62,274 nt of DNA, filler included, from Choristocarpus tenellus KU-1152 (GCA_964200185.2; 12 parts of 12 records of this genome joined end to end with filler, not necessarily neighbours in it), one strand, 5' to 3'; numbered from the whole stretch's first letter, positions 38,957-51,782 are shown. The notes: generated from the sequence alone by a model not told the origin. Program-made: numbers and translations.

Positions 38957-39301
38957 GCATACCCAGGTAGAGTCCCTTTCCTAGAGTTCTATGAGAGGTT
39001 CGAGTTGCTACACAAACGCCTTGTGGTCGCTGCTGCCACAGCTGCCACTGAAAAGTCTAAGACCAGTAGTGGATACAAGAGAGCACCATTGGGGGGATGC
39101 TCCCCTTGCACCAGCCCCAAGTCCTCAAGGTTTGACGCTAAGCACAGGCTAAAGCTCGTGTCGGACAAAGCGGAGGTGACATGGGGGGAGAATGCGATCC
39201 CGGGGCCAGGGGATGCCACAGAGGCCCAGGGGCGGTTGGCAAGCGTTTGTGTGTTGGAGGCGTTTGTGCCCGAGGCATACTACCAGATTGGGCATTCGAG
39301 A
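38957..39301 (+). CDS. Myosin heavy chain exon (end of motor/converter)
   Basis: aag|AYPGRVPFLEFYERFELL...YYQIGHSR|gtgagt; 345 bp. Confidence 0.92.
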
Positions 39302-39714
39302 GTGAGTATGTGAGGGTTAGGGTAGTTTGGATTATATATGTTATGAAGAGAGTTTTTGTTTGTGATGTGCATTATAAGGATGAATAATAGAATGGATAAT
39401 AGCTCTTGTTGATGTGGATAGGTTGATAGTTTCTGTTCACTGTAGGTGATGGTGTTAGTTGTATTATAGTGTTTGAAGCATTTCTCGTTGACAGCTTTGG
39501 TGTTGGTTCATGTTCACTTCAGGTTTTTGAGTCTTGGCCCCCCTCTCCTTCTACCCACAAATACACATACATGTGTGTGTATTCATTTATGTGCATATAG
39601 ACTCACATATCAACATCTTTTGGGGGGTTTTTAGGTATAGTTACGAAGTTGAATCGTCAACATGTACATTTTTATTTTTACATTTTTATTATGGTATGGT
39701 ATGGTATGGTGCAG

Positions 39715-39795
39715 GTGTTCCTCAAGGAGGAGGGACAAGATATTTTGAGAGGTGCTGTCAGGGGGGTCTACCATCGCATGGCTGCTCTCATTCAG
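39715..39795 (+). CDS. Myosin exon (converter end, first IQ)
   Basis: cag|VFLKEEGQDILRGAVRGVYHRMAALIQ|gtaagg. Confidence 0.92.
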
Positions 39796-40004
39796 GTAAG
39801 GGGAGGTTGGCTTGTTGTACCACTACTGCACCTGTTTTTGTCACAATAAAGGCTTTCTCTACTTGTTTGAGTGTTTGATGGAAATAGTTGATGACCGTTT
39901 TAAACATGCTGTGTGTATGACCGTTTCACCGAAAGAGCTGTGGTTGTGTCTCTCTGGGTTAAGAGAAGTTTGTTTTTTTGTTACAGTGTATCGTGTACAA
40001 TATG

Positions 40005-40105
40005 CATTGATCTCATTGGTGGTAATGTATTCTGTATGATATACGTTGATCTCATTGGTGGTAATGTATTCTGTATGATATATGTTGATCTCATTGGTGG
40101 TGATG
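40005..40105. repeat. 39-bp tandem repeat, about 2.6 copies (intronic)
   Basis: ttgatctcattggtggtaatgtattctgtatgatata(c/t)g. Confidence 0.85.
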
Positions 40106-41319
40106 TTTAGTGTCCTATCGGTAGATTAGGGTTTGCATGTGTGTGTGTGTGTTGAGTGATTGTCAATTTAACTTTATTGTACTGTTTTATTAACATCTGC
40201 ATGAACAAATTAAAAGCGGAGGAATCAATGGTTAGGGTTAGGGTTATTGATTGCCTTGCAAGTGTGATGCACAGGATATGTCTGTACCCTTGCCTGTTGT
40301 ATTGAAGAGTGATACCATCTGAGAGAGGGGGGTGTTATTGAATATAAAGAAAAGGGCCACTATGACAGCCTTGTGGTGTATGCGTTTTGAGCACTATTGC
40401 TGTGGAGAACGCTTTTGCCAAACCGTGTGTTGCATGTCATTCCTATTTTTATCAAACTGTGTGTTGCATTTCATTCCTAATCTTTTTCAGTTATGCCCTT
40501 ACGAGGGAAGAAATGGACATTTGAATAGTGTGTATTGCACAAGGTTTAAGAATTATTGAAATTAAAAACAATCAAAATGGATCCCCGTGAAATGGCTCAC
40601 TCAAATGTTAGTAACTGTGGAATGACATATTATTTTGAAGGGGTCATGATGAGTGACGTTGTATGGAAGACAGTATCTTGCAAACTGTGTATAAAAATAC
40701 TCTATCTTACATTGCATATTATCCCTTTCCTTATCTTACCCTTCTGTACCTGTACCTGTACCTGTACCTTAATTTGTTTCATTTTTTGTGATGTGTTGAC
40801 TCTCGCTTCTCCACCTATATACCCCTCACCTGTCCCTGCTGTCTGTCCTCCCCAAAATCCAATCCCAATCAACATGTTTACCTACCCCTGTGATAACAGT
40901 AGTAATGTTATTAATATTGGTGAGATTAAGTGTAAGACACCCCAATTGACAGCCTGGTACTTTTTTTGTCTCTTATTCCCATTTCTACACTCAATTCACA
41001 CACACACATATATACATACATATATATATATACATGTTGGTAATGTTAAAGCTATTTTTAGATAGAGCTTTTTCTTTTCTTTTTTTTTGGGGGGGGGGAC
41101 ACTCCAACTGTGTGAAATAGTTTTGAATTGTGCGATAAATGATTAATGATTTTTTGGTATATACTTGGGGTATTAGCCGTTGATGGTATTATTGGATTAA
41201 CATGTGGCATGTGGCATGTGGCATGAGAATTACTTGTGTAGTCAAGGTGTGTACTCTATTCAACTCACTATAATGTTGATGTCTTTACGATGTTTCTTTT
41301 TAAACTGGGTTTGCTGCAG

Positions 41320-41442
41320 GCTCAAGTACGTGGATGGCTGGGTTCTACTCTTCACTTGAGGAAGAAGGAAGCGGCCATCAAGATTCATGCAGCTGCTCGC
41401 ATGTTCATTCTCAGAAAGCGATTCAACAAGTGCATCACCAAG
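41320..41442 (+). CDS. Myosin exon (IQ motifs)
   Basis: cag|AQVRGWLGSTLHLRKKEAAIKIHAAARMFILRKRFNKCITK|gtaac. Confidence 0.9.
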
Positions 41443-41470
41443 GTAACTTGATTTATTGTACACTTGTATC

Positions 41471-41502
<32 letters not shown>

Positions 41503-41937
41503 CTCTATGGAAGGTGTTGGATGTTTGAAGTAGGATAACAAACATAGTACCCTAACATGCATACACCAGTACATATTGAGTACATAGGGTCTGCACCCAA
41601 TTGTCAACTGTCAATTGTCAACTGCCAGGTACTGTCCGGGAAAACAGTCTGCCAAAATGTGACAGCATTAGATGCACTCAAGTTTTCCCACTTTTACTTT
41701 TAGAAAGTGATCACAGTTCGGTGATATCATAGTCCTACTGTGCCCCCATGTGTAGTATTAACCAATGTTGTTAGGGTACAACACACTTTGTGTGGAGATT
41801 CCATCGTGGATTGCTACCCTAACCCTAACAATATATATATATATGTATATTTTATTGGGAATTGCCTCATCTCGAACGTGCTGCATCTCCTCCCCTCCCC
41901 CAACGCCCTCAAAACGTGTTCCATGATGCTATGCCAG

Positions 41938-42092
41938 GTGTTGCTGATTCAGCGTTGGTATCGGGCCCGTACTGTTCGTTGCAAGTACAAGGGGTGCATT
42001 GCTTCTGCTGTCACCATACAGGCAGCTGTGAGGGGTATGCAGGGTCGACAACGTATTCAAGAGGCAAATGCATCAGCAACTGTTATACAGAG
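41938..42092 (+). CDS. Myosin exon (IQ motifs)
   Basis: cag|VLLIQRWYRARTVRCKYKGCIASAVTIQAAVRGMQGRQRIQEANASATVIQ|gtgaag. Confidence 0.9.
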
Positions 42093-43157
42093 GTGAAGCA
42101 TATTTGGGGGGGAGGTATGAAGGGTGCTTGAGTTTGGGGGGGAGGGGGTAAGTGGGGGGGTTGCATGCGTTGTGTTGGAGGAGGCTGCAAACGTGTTGTT
42201 TGAGGGAATAGGGTGTGGAGGGCGTAAGAAGGGGTAGAGGGACGCTTTATGTTCTGCAAGTTTTTGCTGTTGTATGTGTGACCGCCTCCAATGTATTAGA
42301 AAAACTTTAATCTAATCTAGTGCTGATATTGTATTGGTTTGGAGGGAGAGGTTAGGGCGAGAGGGAGCGGTCTAGTATTAGGTATACCTGAACTGTTAAT
42401 GTTGAGGTTGGTTAGGTTAGCCTATTGTTGAGGAAGTGATGGTTCAAAGGGATGGGCTAAGGGCTAGCATTGAAGGACTTCTTTTGGCAAGGTCAAGTTT
42501 GCCTGAGAAGAATTTGATGCTAGTGTCTTGTCTTGCTCTCTCTTATCTTATCTCCTGCCCTCCTCTGATCTTGCTCAAGTCCCAATGTGGAGTACTGTGT
42601 ACTGTAAATAGTGCTTTGTCTGACATTGTTCTACATTGATGTTTGTATGATGAGTGTACTCTCTACCCAACATCAGAAATGCAATATTCTTCAATGTGTA
42701 ACCCTTAGTAACCCTAACCCTTGACTTGGGTGGTAAAAATGAAAAAGGATTGTGAGGGGCATGCAGGGGAGACAAGTGGCTGGTCAGTTGATGATGGAAC
42801 GGTGGATGGCAGAAGAGGAGTACAAGCGGCAGGAGCTAGAGAAGCAACGGTTGAGGTGATCATAGAGGAAATTAGGACTATTGATGCGCTACATTGTTTT
42901 GAGGGAGGTGGAGGGAGGAAGGTTTCAAGGATTGGGTATAGTGTGTTTATTTCATATATGCACTATTAGTATTCTAATGGCGAAGAACAATGATAGTGAT
43001 GATGGGGGGGGGGNNNNNNNNNNNNNNNNNNNNNNNNNNNNNNNNNNNNNNNNNNNNTTAATTAATTAANNNNNNNNNNNNNNNNNNNNNNNNNNNNNNN
43101 NNNNNNNNNNNNNTCTTATTCTTCTTTTTTTTTTTTTGTTTTTTTGGGTTAAGGAAG

Positions 43158-43362
43158 TGGAGTATGGGGGGTGGGGGGGGGGGGGGGGGGGGGGGGGGGG
43201 ATGATGGCTGTCCATTCGGGGCCCATTTTTCCATGTCGCGAATTTCGGGTAATTTGGTTGCATGCATCAAATGGATAGCATAAGTCCACTTCTCCTTGTC
43301 AGGGTCCGAATGGACACCCTGGTGTAGACCCCCCTCACCGACACCCCCATATACTTCGAGCC
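43158..43362 (-). mobile_element. MITE family A with expanded G tract
   Basis: G tract, GGCTGTCCATTCGGGG ... CCTGGTGTAGACCC ... ATACTTCGAGCC. Confidence 0.85.
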
Positions 43363-44396
43363 CTAAACCCTGCTGTTTCTATACTTGAGGGTTGCCATTT
43401 AAATTGTACACCATGTACTCCCAGCAGAATGTCGTATCAAAATTGTTATGCTTTACTGTGGTGCGCTTTTCATTGGCTGACTATTGGATGGTAGATAAAG
43501 CCACCAAACGCAGTGAAGAGGTGATAACTAACATCTTGTGGGTCAAGGCCTGGTATCAATTGCAACCTCAGACTGTAGGAGAGGAACGAGTTACAAGTTT
43601 GCCCAGATTGGAGTTTGTTTATGATACACGCAGGTTTGTGTATTGCTGGAAGTTGAACTTGTACTACGCACTGTGAAATAGGAAGTCACCACCAATATGT
43701 AACCTGTTGAGATGGTTGTAACTTCTTTGTCGGCAAGTATCCCAACAAATGAAACGGAGGATCATTTGGGAATGAGTTGTAGACGAGTTGTGGATAAGTT
43801 GGTTATTGAATGTTAGCAGCATGTGTGTGTAACCAACAGATGCTGGTTCTGATGGGCACAGGAAGTATCTTTCAAGAATCCATTATGAAGGACAATAAAG
43901 TGCGGACACACCAAGGTTCTCCGTGTGACCCCAACTCTGCAAAAATAAAGCTCCCTCAGCGCTTCACAGAGATTGAATTACAAGCTCTGTTACACTTCGC
44001 AACAGTTCAGTCCATATTTGAAGTCTTCCTGGTATTTTATTCTACGCTAACCCTTCGTTGTGTTTGTCAGTAGGAAATCAGACGTACATTCAAATACACG
44101 TTGAGTAGCGAAAACGTGGTTTTGGTGGAATGTCAGTATAAAAAGAATAAAAGAAAAAAGAATAAACATTGCATGTTAGGCAGAGTAGAGGCGAAGTGCG
44201 AAAGAGGAAGCCTTCCATGTGCACTATACACAATTTTTCTCCCACAAGTAACCAGTCTTTTCTCACCCCCCTCGCAAACCCACACACCCTATGCGCTTTC
44301 ACATCTCCATGCTTCATCTACCAGTTGCACCCTCTGACATGCCTTCCCATCTAACAAACCGCTAGTACTATTATGAGCGGGGTGCCTTCTCATCAG

Positions 44397-44718
44397 ACTA
44401 CGATGCTCGTGCTGACTGCGAAGATCCGCCAGGACCAGTACCAACACCGGCGCCAACACTGGCGCCAATAGCAGGACCCACACCTGCGCCAATACCTGGG
44501 CCAATACCTGCGCCAACACCTGCGCCAATACCTGGGCCAACACCTGCACCAACACCTGCACCAACACCTGCGCCAATACCTGGGCCAACACCGGGGCCAT
44601 CAACTAAGGCACCTTCTACAATGGGATATGTGGAAGTCGAGAAGCCTGCTGATGGTTTCAGTAGTAAAGCTGGGAAAAAGATTACAACAGAATGGGACTT
44701 CCAGTTACCGACAGGAAC
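44397..44718 (+). CDS. Pro/Thr-rich extracellular protein exon (12-nt repeat linker plus start of a beta-rich domain)
   Basis: cag|[14 protein letters not shown]-(P[T/I]P[A/G])[41 protein letters not shown]|gtgagt. Confidence 0.8.
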
Positions 44719-45047
44719 GTGAGTTTGCTGTTACTTGAGGTGCCTTGTTCGGAGCAGTAGAGAGGATGATGGATGGGACTGGTAATATGGGTGTGGTGCC
44801 ACCTGGGTGGAATTGTGTGTTACCGTTTATCATTTTTTCGTTTTTTTTTCGAATTTGAAGGTTTCCAAAATGCAGCCCAAATTCGAGGAAGTATGAGGCT
44901 CTACCACACCCATAGTGGGATCGTATCATTTTATTTGTAAATGCATTATGCCCTACGTAGTGGGTGTTGGAGATAGGATATTATCTAGCTAGTCCCCATA
45001 AAACTTACAACCTTCCATCATATGGTGAAACCTAATTGTCCCAGCAG

Positions 45048-45150
45048 GGGATCCGCAAAGTTCTTTGTTGACCTCCATGAATGTGTTGGCGGAGACTGTG
45101 GGGAAGATGGATGTGGAGATTTTGTGGCCAATATCTGCAAGAAGGCTAAA
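45048..45150 (+). CDS. Same gene, Cys-rich exon
   Basis: cagcag|GSAKFFVDLHECVGGDCGEDGCGDFVANICKKAK|gtgagt; phase-compatible with both neighbours. Confidence 0.8.
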
Positions 45151-45262
45151 GTGAGTCCCGTCTGAACAAATTGAGCAAATTATTTCTTCTAGTAAAACCT
45201 GAAACTACTGTGCGGAAAAGTTGAAGAGAGTGGGTGGGACTGGATGTGATCCGTGGTGCATC

Positions 45263-45311
<49 letters not shown>

Positions 45312-45502
45312 GTCTGTCCCTACCCCCACCCTTGCGTCCAACAATTGAGTGTGTGTGGATGAATGTGTATCACCAGCTATAATAATCTACTTATCAGCAG
45401 ACCATGGTATTGCATATGGTGTGTTTGGTTCAGTCTTTTCCCTCTGTTCGATCCTGACCATTGCCGTCACTCCATGATTACACTTACTTCTGCATGCAAC
45501 AG

Positions 45503-45656
45503 GGCTGTGCCAAGAACAAGACGAAATACACCAAGAAGCTCCCCCAAAAGAAAAAAATTGCAAAGGGAGACAATTATGTTATCCGTGTTCAGATGCGCGA
45601 CACGGATATATTTGACTGTGGAGACCAATTTTCAATCACTAATGGAAAGCTTACAA
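45503..45656 (+). CDS. Same gene, exon completing a Kre9/Ig-like domain
   Basis: cag|GCAKNKTKYTKKLPQKKKIAKGDNYVIRVQMRDTDIFDCGDQFSITNGKLT|gtaatt (or stop at 45667); Y.IRV...C.D.F.I pattern. Confidence 0.75.
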
Positions 45657-47040
45657 GTAATTTTTAGCACCTTCATAGGAATGACGTCTGACTGAAGGAC
45701 TGTCTCTTGCTTTTTGACAGCAGTAGTTGACAACACATACACATGACATTGGTGATCAACTATAAGAAAAATGTTGAGGTTTCATTGAGTTGTACCTTCC
45801 GTAGGAGCGTGTAAAGGTATAGGGGTACGATCATGAAATGATCTGAAGAAGGGTGTCCATTTGTCCCAAAATGTATTTTATTAGCCGGCTTTTTTTTTTT
45901 GCAAATATGTGAAGGCGAGAATTCCTAATTGTGTCATAGTAGGAAATGTTAAGATGCCTAGGGAACGAAGGGAGATGATACCATTCATCACGTTGGGCTA
46001 GCTATGTACCACAAGTTGGCGCAATTATTTTTTGTAGCACTAGGATGCTGTCTTGTTACTCCATGTATGGAAATACTCACCACCTCAAGTGACAGTTTGT
46101 CACGTTGATGTACTGGAGATATTTGTATGTAAAACTACAGTGTTGTCGACTTGAAGTGTGAGACATGTGGTAATGAATTGTGTGCATCTTTGTTGAGAAT
46201 TTTCTATAGGGAGAGATACCTATGAGAAAGTCATGGCATCCATCTGTAGGTGCTATTGAGAGCAAGGGTCTGCAAAGTGGATGTTGCAGCCTTTTGGAGC
46301 GTATATATATAGTATATATATAATTGCTCTTCACTCCCTAGAGGGTGGTAATTCTCGTGTAGTTTAATCAATGGGTGCAGGGAACAACGCAGTAATATCT
46401 AGCAAGAAGGCTTTCCCTGGTAGTATTTAAAGCATCCCACTCTTCGGTACTGATATTTCTTTTTGTTCCCATGATGATTCATATCACTTCACAGTGGGGT
46501 CTGGCGTCTTATCGGGGCCATTTCCAATTTTGTGATACAGAAAATATGGAAGTGAGCAAATGTCAGTCTCCTTTATCTAGATAAACCTTCCCGATTCATT
46601 CCATTTATTTCGTGTCTGTTAACAAACGATAGTCGAGTGTAAATCTTTGTGCATTTGTGCGCTTTATTAAGGAGTGTAACGACACACTTGCTCACCCCAA
46701 ATGGATCCCGATTGGAATATGTTCAGTCAGTGCAATGGAGGTCGATAGGAGGTGATGAGGAGCACAAGACGGATCAAAATGAAGACATAAAGTAGGAGCA
46801 TTTTTTTTGCAATGGAGGATGTTTGTTCTCATGTCTGCGTAATGTTTATTATAGTGCATGTGTGTCAGAGTGTAGCATGTAGCACCTCTACTACCTTCTG
46901 CATGTAACATATTTTTTCATGCTTTATATTTGCAGGATGCATGCAATGTATTATTTTTAATCCGTGATGTGTGTATTGTGTGCCATACATGGCTCATACA
47001 CACTACTAACCAGTACTACTACAACTACTCCTATTCAACA

Positions 47041-47297
47041 GAGCGAAAGTATCTTGGAGGTACTATTTTCCCTTGTTTGTCGATCTGGGGCTAGGCTACC
47101 CACGGGTTTTTAATGACATCTTACCTACTCCAAAATGTTTCAGAGTAGGTAAAATGTATACGTTATGCAAATGTGTGCCCGGAACAAGGATATTTGCACT
47201 TCCTAACAAACTGGACAGCTAAAATTACATCAAATTTACAACATTGGATTTTGGTCCCCAAATCGACGCGGTTATACCCTACAAGATACCTTGGCTC
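47041..47297 (-). mobile_element. MITE family B, full-length
   Basis: GAGCGAAAGTATCTTGGAGG ... CCCTACAAGATACCTTGGCTC; TSD aca/aca. Confidence 0.9.
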
Positions 47298-48503
47298 ACA
47301 ACAACTACTGCACCCATTCATCCACTTGTCTTGTGGGACGCGTGGTGATGATGTGCAGGGAGTGTCGATGATCCTTCTTTCTCGTGGCGTCAAATGCTAA
47401 CATAACACATGAAGAACTCGACATCGCGCCAGGTGCGGCCCCATTTCAACGAGTTGCCCACCATGGACAAAGTACAGTATAGATTAGAAAACTTCAGCTT
47501 TTGTTCCGTCTGACAGTATTGAGTTGCGAAAAAATTCAATTGGTAGGAAATATCACTCTGGGCTTCAATAAGCGACTCTGAATGAAAAGATCCTGTGTTT
47601 TGTGTAGTACTACCTACAGTGCAGGTTAGTCATCAGGACTAGTTCAGGACCAGCAAAGAGTATATCTGTACAGGCACTGAAAGTAAAGTGTATTATGATA
47701 GGGCCGGAGGGGGGTCACCGAGCTTGAAAACCAGACTGCTAGCTGGACCGTGGGTCCAGTCTGACCGCTTGGTCTGGTTACCTGCCCGTGCAAACCATTG
47801 CCTATAGTCAGACTGGAAATACAGATAGATAACAGAATAGAAAGGAGTATTAAAAAAAAATAATATGAATCAGAATGCAAAATGGAAGAGTAATGCAGGA
47901 AGAAAAGAGGATTGATAAAATATAAAAAAATGCACAAGTACACAAACAAAAAGAATAATAAAAATGGTAGAGTGAAGGGACAGGCCCTACAATTCCTTCT
48001 CCGCAAGACAAGACAAACAGGTATTTGATTAACTATCAAGGACCACAACTAAGTTCAAGGAGGGGTAAATATGCACTCAGGGTTTTTGCATCAGAAAAAC
48101 ATCGGATCGAGTGCTGTACACCCACCAGCAACATGATACCAACACCATACTGTAGTATCAAGGAGGGTATCCCAAGTTAGATCTTATACCCAGCCCCAGG
48201 CTCCGCAGGAAATGCCATTGTGTTCAGTCACTTGTGGTCACTTTCACTTGGTGAGCAACAGCTGCTTATGACTCCCATACAAAATAGTATGCCAGAGGCT
48301 CATTACATGTTTAACTCCAATATCTACACACCTACACCCATGCACCTGTATTTGGACCTTCAGCAAGTGAACCCCTCTTTTAGCTATTATTATGTTGAAA
48401 ATATCACAAGATCATCTTGGAGGTACAACCACCAGTTTTTGCCTGTTTGTCTGGCCCTCCCAGCATCCCCTTCGGTTTGTCAGCTGCAACTTCCCCAAGC
48501 ATC

Positions 48504-48687
48504 AGCTCAAAGTATCTGGGGGGGTGGTGGTGGCTGTCCATTTGGGACCCATTTTCTCATGTCGCGAATTTAGTGTGGTTCGGTTGCATACGTCGGATAG
48601 ATAATGTAAGTGCACTTTTCTTGGTCATGGGTCAAATGGACATCCTGGTGTAAACCCCCCCCCCCCCCTCCCCAGATACTTTTAACC
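48504..48687 (-). mobile_element. MITE family A, full-length, adjoining a LINE fragment
   Basis: AGCTCAAAGTATCTGGGGGG ... CCCAGATACTTTTAACC. Confidence 0.9.
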
Positions 48688-49260
48688 ATGAAGTTCTTAG
48701 GCAAGCGACCATCGTCCTTGCACACCATGAAACCTGTAAACTGCAGCTTCCGTTTGCTGAATATAGTTGAATCAATGCTCTTGCACCCAGTCCTGACAAG
48801 TGCTTCTCTGTATAACTTGGGATGATCTGTACGTTTCCGTTTACAGAACCCAATGCAGCCCTGGAGGAACTGCTGGATGCGAAGCTGGATGTTGTGGTCC
48901 GTCCTGAGTGTCACGCCATACAGTCATACAGCAGAACCTTGAGTACATTGGCCTTGAGTATTCTCGATCTTTAGCTCAATTGATTCGTCAAATTCTCGGC
49001 CGTATAGTTCCTTACTGTTCTTCATGAGGTGTACCCTTGCCTGTTGGATCCGGTGGACCATAGTGCATCTCCTTGGTGATGCACCAGCATCATCACCGAT
49101 TGACTTAACCTCCTACATTGAAAAACTGGGCAGTCTGCTTGTACCTTGTCCTGTAGCCTTGATGATTGGCATTTTCTCTGCTGGCTCATGGAGGGTCCAG
49201 AGGCTGATGACCTCCATCTTCTTCAACACAGTCGACACATTCATTCTGAATAAGAGCCAA
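48688..49260 (-). pseudogene. RTE-like LINE C-terminal fragment
   Basis: CIGFCKRKRTDHPKLYREALVRTGCKSIDSTIFSKRKLQFTGFMVCKDDGRLPK corresponds to the RTE post-RT motif (R.L.W.GH..RM...RLPK). Confidence 0.75.
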
Positions 49261-49601
49261 ACCAATTGAGAGGTAGGCACTTTTAACCCCTTTTTCCATT
49301 TAAAGCCATCTTTCTTACCCTGTGTAATACACTATTTCATTGCTTTATGTTCACAATAGTGTGCACAAAATCGATATTCCCCCCTTCCACACACAAATAT
49401 ATATATATACATACAATTCTACGAAGACTCTACAATTGTACAAAATTATATCTTTTTGCCCTTTCTAGGGATCCTCAAAATGCAACCCTGCCTACCCCTC
49501 TGAGTGCTTTGCACACAGTTGCAATAGAATGCCTGCCTCCTTAGCGGAAGACATGCACCATATTACCAGTACCAAATGTAAAGACATTCCTTACTTCCTC
49601 C

Positions 49602-49782
49602 GGCCCAAAGTATCAGGAGGGGGGGTCGCAGCTGTCCATTCGGAATCCATTTTTCATGTCGCGATTTTCGGGTATTTGGTTGCGTATGTCGGATGGATAA
49701 TTTAAATGCACTTTTCCTGATTTTGGTCCAAATGGACACCCTGGTGTAGACCCCCCCCCCCCCCTCCTAGATACTTTGGGTC
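49602..49782 (-). mobile_element. MITE family A, full-length
   Basis: GGCCCAAAGTATCAGG ... CTAGATACTTTGGGTC; TSD tcc/tcc. Confidence 0.92.
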
Positions 49783-49886
49783 TCCCNNNNNNNNNNNNNN
49801 NNNNNNNNNNNNNNNNNNNNNNNNNNNNNNTTAATTAATTAANNNNNNNNNNNNNNNNNNNNNNNNNNNNNNNNNNNNNNNNNNNN

Positions 49887-50028
49887 GTGAATATCTCCCC
49901 GATTTTGTACCAAGTCGCCCGAATACGAGAATTCCGGTACAAAATCCTATTTTTTTAGTATGTCGAAAAAAGCGGTACAAAAATGGGTTTGGTACATAAT
50001 ATTTGGTAAAAAATCGGGGTAGGTACTG
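49887..50028. mobile_element. Probable Tc1/mariner-type MITE (different clan)
   Basis: Right end AAAATCGGGGTAGGTACTG|ta (CAGTA terminus plus TA); inverted CCCCGATTTT near contig start; five GGTACAAAA-like subterminal motifs. Confidence 0.55.
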
Positions 50029-50303
50029 TATTATATCTTAGGACTGTAACATTGTAGCAAACATGCTTTTAAAAACAAATGATAAGACAGGTCTGATCCT
50101 CATCGTGAGTATGATATATGATACGCTGACGACTCTGACCGGTCGCTACGTATCTTTTGTTCCACTATCTAAATACTTAACATGTGGGATGCAAAGTGCA
50201 TGAACATGAGAGTCGGATACCTTGGAAAGACACACTCATGCATAAATCTGCACAACCTGCAACTCTACCCATACTTGAACAGAAAACCTGAACGACCAAA
50301 GCC

Positions 50304-51782
50304 CTATTTCAATTGCTGGGCGGACTCGAAATTGCATTCTTCACCCTTGTCCCACCACTCTGTGAGCTTAGGGTATGCCTCGACAAGAAGGTGCCACAGA
50401 TCTAGGCGCGTGGAGTACCTTGTGTTCCAAGGCTCGGGCTTCACGAGGCTCAGGAAGATAGCCTTCTTCGCCTGGAGCGCAACCACATGTTCGGGGCGCA
50501 ATGTATTGCCTGCCCTCCCTCCACGATCGCCGAGTTTCACCTGTGTGGGCCCATGGACGTAGCACTCGTCCCCGAAAATAAGAGAAGCGGCCCCTTTACC
50601 GGCCTTCACAAGCCTGAACCCGTATTGTAAAATACTTGGGTTAGGATTTGCGTCTGCACTCGGTACTGTGCAGAAGCAGGTTTCGTTGCAGATCGTAGGA
50701 GCTCGGTAATGCACGCCTCCATGAAGGCTTCAGTGATCCCTACATCGGATGCATCACCGGAGTTGGCCACGTCATGTGTGACGCATTTCTCCTCATCACG
50801 ATATGATCTTTGGTCGTCATCGACGTCCCTTGATGTGGGTGAACATGGATGTACCGTGCACCTGCCCATTTTGGCAGAAGCGAAGATGTCGTTGAGGAAG
50901 TCAGGTTCTAATGCGCTGCCATCAGGATCAACAGGCTGTTTGAAACATCTCGTCAGTCCAGCATCTTCTCTCGCCCTCTTTTTCCTAATTAGTGTCCTAG
51001 AACCCCGGACTTCGCCCTCCTCGGAAGGCTTGCCCCTTGGAACTGTCACGGTTCTCACTTGGCCTCACACCATGGTCGTACATGTTCCAAGGCACCTTTG
51101 CATCATCGTCGCCGCTGCCCACCGAATGGGCGTTCGGGGACATCCCTGTGTCACTCCGGACAGGCGTGGACTCAGGACACCATCCAGTGGAATATGTTGA
51201 GAATGTTGGGCACATGCGACATACTGACCGCCACACTCTCTCCTATCGAAATGGATTCAGCCTTTTCGCGGTTGCAGTGCGGATAGATCTTCCACATGAA
51301 GCTCCTGTTATCGCCTACTTGGAGGTTCACTCCGACATCCGAGGCCCATCACGCTGTGACATGCAGCGGATGGTTGATGCCACCTGGGACATTTTCCTTG
51401 TGCGCAACGCAATGGATTGTCCTCAGCACCATTTTGCGGTGTTGTCCATTCTGGCAAAATAAGAGGTTGTTGTCGTCATCTATATCCCTCTCGTCGCCAT
51501 TCTCGTCTACGTCGAGGTTGCTGTTGGTGATGTAGCTTGCAAGTAGTTCGTCATCAGGCACACCAGAGGGCACGTTCGCCCTGCGCATGTCGGCTTTCAT
51601 GTCGCTTATGGTCTTCCATCTGTAGCACATGGAAAAAGGCTGTCCACTCAGGACACCTGCGAGCCTATCGGCAGCGACAACTGGGTCCGGCCCTAGCTTG
51701 GAGAACATAGACTCCACTTGATCGGTGTCCAGGAGGTTAGCATTATACCTCTGTGTCATGTAGGCAGACGTTGCAAGGTCCA
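50304..51782 (-). pseudogene. Intronless, frameshifted ORF of unknown function in a CpG-rich segment
   Basis: Overlapping minus-strand ORFs 51349-51906, 50997-51236, 50606-51058 and 50304-50714 tile about 1.5 kb; no recognisable domain. Confidence 0.45.

Noticed and set aside
44289-44603. Minus-strand (AQVL)n ORF
   Set aside because: Antisense of the Pro/Thr repeat exon, which has proper splice sites on plus.
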